Shown piece by piece: positions 53,316 through 64,000 of a stretch of 64,000 nt of DNA. This DNA comes from Eledone cirrhosa (Eukaryota): the NCBI GenBank assembly GCA_964016885.1, contig OZ024747.1, forward strand, positions 31,930,001 to 31,994,000, written 5' to 3'. Under the pieces are notes generated by a model. It was not told the origin of the DNA, ran no database searches, and worked only from the letters and a program-made list of their open reading frames with translations. The translations under genes were made by a program, and so were the position numbers. Every line of letters starts with the position of its first letter. Position 1 is the first letter of the stretch.

Positions 53316-54110
53316 CAGTTGCATCTGTCTTGCTTTATGTTCATACGAGTTATCACCAAGTCACAACCAGTGACCTCAAGAGACAACAAGGTCTGCCATG
53401 TTCAAGAAAGAACATACATACACACACAGGCATCTTTATGTGTGATGTACTTATATTGACAGAATCTTCCTTAGTATATGGGCAGTTCCCATTAGTACTA
53501 TATTTTGTATTTCTCAAATACGCGGGTTTGCTGGGATTTGCGATAAGTAATCATTAGACCCCTTAGGTATCATTCCTAGAGCGCCTACAACCACTGGTAT
53601 TGTTTTAGTTCTCAATTTCCACATTTTTCCAAATTCTATCTCCAGGTCCTTATACTTGCTCAATTTTTCAAATGTTTTTATAGATACCTTCTTGTCTATT
53701 GGAACGGACATATCAATTAGCAGGCATACCCTCTTTTTAAAGTCCTTCAGTATTATATCAGGTCTATTTGCATCTATTTTTCGGTCTGTTTGGATGCTAA
53801 AGTTCCACAAGATTGAGATGTGATCTTTTTTCAAGTATGGGAGGTGGTTGATGCTCCCACCAATTCTTTTGATGGGGCAGACCAAAATGCTTACACATTA
53901 TCCAATGTATGTATTGTGCAGCTCTGTCATGCCTGTTTAGGTATTCGGTTGGAGCTATAGGACTGCACATTGAAATTATATGATCAATGGTCTCTGGTTG
54001 TTTTTTACATACACGGCATAATGGGTTGCATCCATTTTTTATGTTGGCTTGGTAATTTTTTGTTGGCAGACACTGATCTTGTGCTGATATAATCAGTCCT
54101 TCAGTCTCCG
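53316..54110 (-). mobile_element. R4/Dong-type 3' fragment with 3' UTR (same family as 49150)
   Basis: ORF 53514..53885 NRPDIILKD...LIDMSVP...KLSKYKDL...PVVVGALG. Near-identical to 49153-49612. (TAA)n on both sides. Confidence 0.9.
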
Positions 54111-54115
54111 ATTAC

Positions 54116-54147
<32 letters not shown>

Positions 54148-54469
54148 CTTTTTATAATAAAAAAAGCACAAAACACGAAAGAATAACTGAATGTGAATTT
54201 AAGAAACAACATAAATGTTTCTTCTAAAATGTGACAGTAAAGTAAATATTCCTATCATAGGTACAAGCCCAGAAATTTGAAAGGGGCTGTTAGTTGATTA
54301 AATCAACCCTAATACTTGACAATAAAATAGATATTGAACAAGTATTTATTCTCTATAATTGATCATAAACCAGTAATGTATTTTCTATATTCAAAGTTTG
54401 ATGAATATTTAATTTTTGATATCAACCATAGATGTCAAATTAAACATGCTCTTGCAATCATCTACCATT

Positions 54470-54955
54470 ATTTTACGGGGTCGATAAGTCATAGGCAGTA
54501 TCGGTAGAGGGTCGGATGCCATGCTTTCCAGCATAGTTACGTCCCTTAACGATCTGAATTCAAATCCCGCTGAGGTTGACTTTGCCTTTCATCTTTACGT
54601 GGTCGATAAAATAAAGTACCAGTAATGCACTGGGTAATTGCTGGCCTTGTGCCAAAAAGTAGAAACAATTATTTTACGGGGTCAATAAAATAAAGTACCA
54701 GTAATGCACTGGGTAATTGCTGGCCTTGTGCCTAAAGTATAAACAATTATTTGGTAAAAATAGGGCTGTGGATTGGCAGTATCGGCAGAGGGTCGGACAT
54801 CATGCTTTGATGCATAGAGTTACGGCCCTTGCCATTCAGAGTTCAAATCCTGCTGAGGTTAACTTTGCCTTTCATCCTTACGGGGTCGATAAAATAAAGT
54901 ACCAGTAATACACTGGGTAATTGCTGGCCTTGTGCCAAAAGTAGAAACAATTATT
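54470..54955 (+). mobile_element. Head-to-tail cluster of core-family SINEs and duplicated tails
   Basis: Copies at 54495-54672 and 54761-54955, with a tail duplication at 54672-54750. Confidence 0.9.
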
Positions 54956-55427
54956 TGGTAAAAATTGTTGAAACCTCTCAATGATTTCTATTTTAGCTAT
55001 GATTATGAAAGTCACTGAACTTTCTAGAAATAGCAGAAAAATCTCTCTCAAACCATCATAGAAAAAAAGAAAAACTCATGAAATATATTAAGTTGAAAGA
55101 AAAAGAATATCTTGGATGACCATGGGTAACACGTCTTTGATCAAAGGTTTGTTGAATCATGCCTCATTTGAAACTAAACAATAACATATTCTAGCAAGAA
55201 AATTAAAAAATAAAATCTATTTTTTCTTTTTTAAAAGTCTACCAACATAGAAATCAAAATGTTAGTGACTTATCAAATAGGAAATAACATAGAAAGTGCA
55301 ATGTTAGTGTCTTATCAAACAGGAAAACGTTTGAAGCTATTAGAAAGAAATATCATAGCGAAGATTGGTCTTGACGGTTGACTACTTGGAAGAACTCACT
55401 GAAATAATTTAGAAAACATTTAAATCA

Positions 55428-55660
55428 TGGTACATGACTTAGTGGTTAGAGAATTGGATTCACAATTGTGAGGTTGTGAGTTCAATTCCTGGGCTTGGCA
55501 ATGTACTAGGTCCTTGAACATAACACTTTATTTCACGTTGTTCCTTCTGCCAGGAGTTGCAACTGATAGGTAGTATCAGCAATGGATACATTGTTTCCTA
55601 GATCTGATTTGATGAGCTCCACCCCACTTAGTAAGCAAATGAGGTTTGGGATTCTGTTTA
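55428..55660 (+). mobile_element. tRNA-derived SINE
   Basis: TGACTTAGTGG and GAGTTCAATTCC boxes; tail as in the 47783 family. Confidence 0.75.
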
Positions 55661-56238
55661 CTGATCTAAAAAAAAAGTCACGATAGCAATTTCAAATACA
55701 CATATATACTGTTATATTCAATGTTTTATTTTGTAATAGCATTAAACCTTTCCATACCAAACCATTTGAAACCACACTTGGATATATGATACAGGGATGA
55801 TTATTTCAAAGTGCTAAAAGTCTTTCATCATAATTTTATTTAAGAACATTTGTTAAGTTAAGCTAAAATGTTCCTCCAAATTCTTGATTATTTTCAAAAT
55901 CATAGGCAGTGTCTTTTATTAGAAATATGGTAATGGAAGGGTTAATGATATAGGTAGTGTCTTTTATTAGAAATATGGTAATGAAAGATTTAAATAGGCA
56001 TATTGGCAGAATAGTTTGCACATAGGATAACATTTCTACAATTATTTGTTCTCATTTCTGTGTTCTGATTTCAAAACTTGTTGCCAAAGTCATCTTTGTA
56101 TTTTATCATTTTTAGTCCAGATGGATGGATTAACAAAATTGTTAGAATGTTAGACAAGATGTCATGTGATATTTGATGAAAGGTCAATTCCTAATGTGAC
56201 CTACTTAAGTGATAGATATAATCTGTCACCAACTTTAA

Positions 56239-56462
56239 CCCTTTAATGTCTACATTTTTAGTGAAATACACTCTATTTTAATTAATTAATGAAGAATTTG
56301 GAGGAATTTACTACAATTATTAATGATTTCATTACTAAAATAATGTAAGGTTCTTATATAAAATTATGTTGGAAGATTCTAACTTAAATTGGAAACTTTT
56401 AAAATGGGTGGTTTTATTTCATAGAATCAGAGCTGGTTTTGGCCAGGTTAGTAAATAAAGGG
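56239..56462. mobile_element. TTAA-flanked MITE (piggyBac-like ends)
   Basis: TTAA-CCCTTTA...TAAAGGG-TTAA. A related copy lies at ~55742-55945. Confidence 0.75.
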
Positions 56463-58795
56463 TTAACACCACCATTTGTCCTTGGGTGTCTTCAGTGGAG
56501 TCAATTTTGTTGCAAACATTTGAACCAGGTCATCACCAACCAATTCAAGCATAACAAAAGTAGATGTAAATATGATGCTAATTTCCTCTTGTTAAATGGT
56601 ATCCATTCATAAGATTCATCTTTCTGAGATTGATAAAATAAATTATGAGTCAAGTATTAAGTTTGATATAATCAACTTTCCCCAGCCCCAAAATTGCTGA
56701 ACTTGGGCCTAAATTAGAAACATAATATTGAAAAACTATAGTCTCCAGCAGGTATGCAGGAACAAATATTATAAAGCATTGATTCTGACATTCTAACAAC
56801 TCTGCTAATTCACCACTGTATGTCATATAGCATTAATACCAGCAATATACTGAATAAATCTGGGTGGTTTATTGGCAATATTGGTAAAGCCAGGGCTATA
56901 TTCATCAGGGGAAAGAGATGGAAAATGCCCTGGGCATCCCTTGACAATCAGGGGCCTCTCTAGAATCAGCCATGGGACCCACTAAACTTTAACTGCCCTA
57001 GGCAACCCAAACCTGAACTGTCCCAGACCCCAGAGTTCACAAATTGTCATGCAATGTTTAGTTATACCTTTTTTACATTGTGATTTCAAATCCTAGCAGC
57101 TTTACTTTACTTTTCATTCTTCCAGGGTTGTTAAAATGAAGTACTACTCAAGTATTGGAGTTGGACATTTTTACCCAAATCTCTTCTTTCATCAATGTTG
57201 GAGTTTTGTGTTTATGTTAGAATCAATATAGTGGAGCAAATTCAATCAACCAAAGACTATTCTATGCAAAACTTAATTTGCTGTGTAACCAAAATTAATT
57301 ACAGCACAAATATTATGTCACCAATATGACTCTTCAACACATTTAGATTCTAGTCAGACATTATCTTAAATTAGAAATATCCTGAGTAACCTATAATCAT
57401 CATATTCATTGTTTAATGTCCATTTTCCCTGCAAGTAATGGTTAAACATGTCATCACACATCAGCCAATATTGAAGTAGAGCTCTTCACCTCCAGGTGGG
57501 CTGGGAGTTTGAAACACAATCCTGCACTTTACTGTGTGTATTTTATCATGAAACCAACACTAGTGAAGTTAAAGAGTCCTCTCAATAAAATCAAAGTGAT
57601 TTTATGCCAGGGTTAATTTAACAGTACAACAAGAATCTTCTCTACTGATGTGCTGTAAACTTTCTTTCTTATATTCTATCACCTTCACATCTAAAATTCA
57701 TAGGCTGACCAAGATACTCTCGTGGAATTACAAAATGAGGTATATTTTTCAACATAGTCACTGGAAAGAAACAATGTAGTTATTAATAAGAAGGGTTGAA
57801 ATCAATGCATGCAAGATTTCACAGCTCTAGCATCATTCTTTCATAATTAGCCTATGAACTTTTTAGCTGACCCTTGTAAAATCCCATCATCTAATTATAT
57901 GATATGGTCAGTAAACATTATGTTTTCCAACAGTCAATAGTATAGGTCAATATATAGTCCAGTGTTCATAGGGTAGAGGTTTGTCCTTATTATGGTAAAG
58001 AAGCATAGAAATAAATATAAAATGAAGTTAGATTTGTCAAATTTTCGATAACACAATAAGACAAAATGTGACCTTTTCTGAGATTAAAAATTGCTATTTA
58101 AATAAACATCCCTATATCTTTGTCCAGAATATTTTACATGAGCATATAAACAAGGATGATCTACAAGTTAACCAACCAAGAAAGGTCAACTCCCATTCAA
58201 CTAGTAATCACAGATGAACTTTTTCTGAATGTCGAAAGGTCAATTTGAACACTGATTTGAGAACAAAGTTCATCTATGTTTGGATATTGTGTAAGGTCAA
58301 ATTTTAAAGGCCAAGTTGTATGCACACACCTGAAGAAGATTAAACTACGGAGTTGTGTTTTTAATTTTGTAAAAAGAGAGGTTTCATTACTCCAGTAAGT
58401 AAATGCATAGATACATGTTCAGCAAGCTTATCTATATATTTCAATTTTCAATTCAGAAAAGAAAAGTGTCTCAATCGATATTATTTTGCTTATATGAAGA
58501 GTGCTTTGGTGTGAGAAATGGCAGTAGTGATAGTTGTAGTTGTAGTTTTAGTGTTGGTTTTGGAGATTGAGGGAGAGGGTGTGACAGCTAGTGTGGTTTA
58601 TGGTAGTGGAATAGCATGCTGTTGCTATTCATTTTAAATGGTCAGTGTTGTTATTTAGATCCAGGTCAGTCCTGCAAAAACAGATCTAGGTTCAAGTACA
58701 TTCCAGATTTGACAAGCTAGTCAGAATATATTTAGGACTTCGTTAATGCATGTATCACTATTCGTATAATTCAAAGGAAATTTTACTATATTTAA

Positions 58796-58999
58796 CCCTT
58801 TTGCATTTACATTATTCCATATATTCTATTGTTTTTTGTGGTAAAAGTTTTATCTTACGTAATTATCTCACATAATATTGAATCTATGAGATTTTGAGAA
58901 CAATAGCATAATGTCAGTATGAGCAGTCAGTTATGGCTGGTTTGAACAGAAAGAGGTGAGAGAATTCTGGCCAGATACGGCTGGTTAAATGCTAAAGGG
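58796..58999. mobile_element. TTAA-flanked MITE (piggyBac-like ends)
   Basis: TTAA-CCCTTTTGCATTTA...TAAATGCTAAAGGG-TTAA. Homologous to 23962-24182. Confidence 0.85.
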
Positions 59000-61478
59000 T
59001 TAACAGGCTGAGTGACATGTTGAAGGGTTGCAGTAGTAGTAGTAGTGTAGTGATATAAAAATGGTGGCAATGTGAATGAATGATGGGACTATTCTCAGAA
59101 CCGTTACTGTTGGTGTTGATGACAATGATGATGATAAGGATTATAGTAAAGCTGTTAATGATGATGTTATTGTCAATATTATTGTTTATTGCTGACTAAC
59201 TAGACCTAAGGTCAAAATCATTCCAGCCATGGCTATCCTGTCTTTTACTCAGTTATTGTATGTTTTCCATTGTAGTCTTTCATATCAGCTTTCTTAAGAT
59301 AGTAGGACCAAATTAAGGGACATTTAGCAGCTATTTCTAGCAGGTTGAACGGCCACATAAAGGCTCCCTTGTTCATGTGCAATTGTGAATGATGTTATTG
59401 GAGGCTGTAGTGATATCAGTGTTAATTATTTTTATTTTGTTGTATGGGTGGTAGTCAGAGGTGTAACTAGAGTATGGCAAGCATGGCATACTTAATAAAA
59501 AGTGTTCCTACTCAAAGTGATGCCTCCCTTCAAGGCTGTTATTTCTTCAATGTTGAATATAAAGAACTGTTACTAAATGCTGCAAAGTATTTTGCTCAAT
59601 ACTTTACTGACTCTACCAATCCCCCACCCTTAATTAAAAAGGTAATAATATCTTGTGGTGATAAGTTTGGATGTGGTACATATACTTGTAATAGGTTTGA
59701 TGATGAGGTGATATGTAAGGTATGTATAGATTTACAGATAATGTTTATCTGTTTGGAATAGGTGGCAATATATCTGAAAATGGTTGCCAAGATAAACTAA
59801 CTTGCTATTTAGAGAAGGATTTATGTTGATCTGTTATATATCTTATGATAAAAGGCATTTCAACTGTGAACATCATCATCATTTCTCATGTTGGTATGGG
59901 TTAGATGGGACAATGCAGTATACTGTGATGAGTTGTCATTCATGATGTCAACTCTTTCTTTTAAGTAAGAGTTGACATCAAATCTTTACAAGTTGAACTA
60001 ATGAGCTGTGAGACATAAATATAAGTCAGTGATTAACAGTGTCCCTGTCAAAGGAAGACATGTACACACAGGAATATGTGTGTATATGAGTTTTGTGTGT
60101 ATATGAGTTTGTGTGTATGAGTTTGTGTGTATGAGTTTGTGTGTATGAATGTGTTTTTGTGGTGTGTGTGTGTGAGTGTTTGTGTGTTTGTATGTTTTGT
60201 GTGTGTGTGTTCACAATATGGGCTTCTGCATCACTTTTATCTACCAGTTTCAATTACAAGGCATTGGTCAGCCTGAGGCTATAGTAGAAGCTATTCTTCT
60301 ATGGGGCTATGCAATGAGGTCAAACCAGAAATAATATGGTTGTGAAACAAACATTTTAACCGCACAGTGATACCTGTGGCCATTTCTTTTGTTTTGTTTT
60401 TCTCAAGCAGAGTTTATCTGGGACTAAATTATATTTAATATGGCCTTACATTTTTAGATAAGTAGGGTGTAATATGAGGGAGATTTGGCTGTTATTTCTT
60501 CAATGTTGAGTGACCATGTAAAATACACATCATTAGTGTTCAAAGGAGTTGTCTAATGCAAGTGTTTGATTGAAGTTGCATTCAACAAAAAGGAAGGCTA
60601 TATGATAAAGTATTGATTGAAATAGATGTTTGTTTGATGGAAAGATTGTTTGAAAGATTGTTTCAGAAAATTGTTTGACACAAGTAATCATCATTTAACG
60701 TCTATTTTTTCACACTTGCATGGGTTAGCTGGGTTGTCGTTTTATGAAAGAAGCCAGGTTTGAAGACCACATCTTGCTCATATGAATCTGTATTTTGGCT
60801 TGGTTTCTATGACTGATACCCTTCCTAACACCAACCTCATTATAGTGTGAACTGAAACGTTCACCTAACAAGGTGGAATGGGTAATTTTTGTCATGACAC
60901 CAACACAACCACATTACAAGGTGAACTTTGTAATATTCAACAAAATAGAAAATTGTTTAACAGAACATTGTTTTGTAGAGAATTTGATTGAGTGTGGTAT
61001 GTTAAGAACTCCTGTAGATTTAACAATTCCAAATAACTGAAACTCTGCTGCATGGAAGTAATTTTATTGTTGTTATTGCTGTGAAACTCAGACAGCTCTT
61101 ATTGAACAGACCTGTGATCAACGGTATTCTAACCATGAACATCTCCTCTGTTTATCAAACATAGTGTATCAAAGACTACATTATCCAGTATTCTGATCTA
61201 GGGTAGGGTAGATGTTATTTGTGAGAGATTTAGCTATACAGATAGCTCTTATGGTTAAAGTCTTTGGTTAATAAGAGCAAAGGGTAGTTGACAGAGGTGT
61301 TTGATCAAATGTGTTTGCTGGACAGTGTGATTGATGGTGAAGCATTTGAAACAAAGTTTAGTTATAAATACTTTGTAGTTGTATTCCATGTTTTCAATTG
61401 AATACAGATTAATGGATTAATATTTGAACAGGGATATTTAATAACTGTCCTTCAGCAGACATAATAAAGAGTTTGATA

Positions 61479-61479
<1 letters not shown>

Positions 61480-61545
<66 letters not shown>
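61480..61545. repeat. (GA)n microsatellite
   Basis: Perfect GA run. Confidence 0.98.
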
Positions 61546-61547
<2 letters not shown>

Positions 61548-62113
61548 TCTAAGAGTGAAAGGGAGAGATATAAAATAGAAAGAAAAAAAAGAAAGAAAGA
61601 TACATAGATAGATGGAGGGATAGATAAAAAGAAAAGAGAAAGTGAAAGAGTATGTTAGCAAAATAAAGTGTTAAGAAAGTAGGAGGGAATCGTGTTTGAA
61701 AGGATGGCAGGTATGTAATTCAAGAAATCATTGTGAGCAGTGGCAGCGGGGTGAGGAGTTGAGAGCTTAGAGTGAGGGTGTGAGAGCGTGGGGTGAATGG
61801 GTGAGAGATGGGAAAGAGTGCAGGGGGGAGAGTGGGAGAGAAAGATAATATTACAATATTACAAGAAAAAAGATTGCGGTGAAAGATAGTGAATACAAGA
61901 CGTAGATATATTGAGAAGGATATATATATGTGTGTGTACGAGTACATATATGTGGTTGTGTTTGTGAGTGCAGAGAAAGAGGAGAACCTTTAAAGAGAGA
62001 GAAAGTGGGGATGAGAATAAGAAGAATAAAAGTGTGTGGTGGTGGGAGAAAGGACGAGAATCCATAAAAATCACTTTAAATGAGCTGTATATATATATAT
62101 ACACACACACACA

Positions 62114-62177
<64 letters not shown>

Positions 62178-62447
62178 TAAATCTACCAAAAGTTTACGGT
62201 AGTGTCCAATCCGTATGAAGAACTCAATGTAATCCGGATATCATGAAAAGAGAAGATGCATTCAAAAACTACTTTCGGTGAAAAATAAACGGAAAACAGA
62301 GTCAAGATAAGTTAATAAAATAATGAATAAACAAAGAAACAGTTCCTTATATTAAAAAACACACATATATATCCTAGAAACGATCGTAAAATGATGAATT
62401 TTTTTTAATAGAAGGAACTATTTCTTTGTTTATTCATTATTTTATTA

Positions 62448-62515
<68 letters not shown>

Positions 62516-62812
62516 CTATATATACGTACATACATATATATATATATACATATATATGTATGAAAAAGAAATTGCTGACCTTGTGCCCATAGCAGAAACA
62601 ATTATTATTATTATTACTTATTATGTTCCTACACAGAGTAGAAGTAGTACTTAAGGTTTCAAGGCCCAATTTTGACCTCCTCCCCAGATTGTAAGAGCAA
62701 TCAAACTTGTGACCAAGTCATCAGGAGCTTGGGCAAGTTATATATACGTATATATATATATTTATATATATTGATATATATATATATGCTGAAATTACCT
62801 CTTGTTGTTTTG

Positions 62813-62857
62813 ATTGCCCTGATGAGTCCTTAATAGGACGAAACATTGTCGGCTAAT
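62813..62857 (+). ncRNA. Type I hammerhead ribozyme in a ~215-bp element (62788-63003) between (TA)n tracts
   Basis: ATTGCC-CTGATGA-GTCCT-taat-AGGAC-GAAA-C-att-GTC-GGCTAAT. Canonical core, G-C base of stem II and GUC site, followed by AATAAA. Confidence 0.88.
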
Positions 62858-63000
62858 AAAAACTTTTGATGTATTAAAGGATTCTTTGTTTTACTCTCTT
62901 AATTTTTCGGCTCTGTTTAACTGCATTGAGCTATACCTTTTACTGTCATTTCTATAATACGAAGAGGGTGTTTGACTCAAACACGCTCCAGTATTCTAAT

Positions 63001-63359
<359 letters not shown>

Positions 63360-64000
63360 GTGAGAGATGGGGTGGTTACATGATAAGCATTTTCATTAAT
63401 ACACAGAAGTATACACCCAATACATACATATAAATGCAAGCAGGCAGCTATGTTGAAACACTGGAAGTGCATGTTGGTGAGATCACACGTTCATGTACAA
63501 CTGCTGCTGCACATTCAAATAATAGCTCATACACATACATACATACAGACACTTGCATATATACACTTACATATATACATACATACACATACATACGCTT
63601 ACATATATACATACATATATGCACAAAATGACATATCTATAAACTGACATGCATACATACAGAAATAGATATATAAGTATATAGAGGCACATATAGATAC
63701 ACACACACATACATAGATACATGTGTAGATACACATTTACATACACACAGGCATATACATACATAGAATCATATATAGGCTTTTCCTTTGGGATTATAAA
63801 GGGAATGGTGGAATTTCGAAGAAATGAGTAGTAATAATAATATTATTAAAGAATGACAACAGCAATAACAACATCAGTAACAACATCTTTAAAAATAATA
63901 ATATAGAAGCAGAATAAGAGAAGGCTGAAGAAATTGTGTATGGGGGTAGAAGTAGTAGAAGAAAGAAAGAGACAGAGAAAAAGCATGAGAGAAAGAAAAT

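Overview
AT-rich, microsatellite-dense eukaryotic DNA with one 200-N assembly gap (9096-9295). The SINE and RTE repertoire looks like an octopus or other coleoid cephalopod; this is my recognition, not a database result. No intact multi-exon gene is evident. All very long ORFs in the track are artefacts of tandem repeats. The window contains: (1) many tRNA-derived SINEs and RTE LINE 3' fragments that share 3' tails; (2) three 5'-truncated R4/Dong-type non-LTR retrotransposons (RT, CCHC and restriction-like endonuclease) arranged in tandem and separated by (TAA)n; (3) an ~8.8 kb 13-bp minisatellite that expanded inside one SINE copy, a 21x45-bp array at the end of an RTE fragment, and a 2.7 kb (TA/TG)-derived satellite; (4) a decayed C2H2 zinc-finger gene; (5) TTAA-flanked piggyBac-like MITEs. 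The most notable signal is a set of short non-coding elements inside (TA)n tracts. They carry type I hammerhead ribozymes whose stems covary between copies, and several form long, near-perfect fold-back palindromes. They are probably derived from Penelope-like elements (PLEs).
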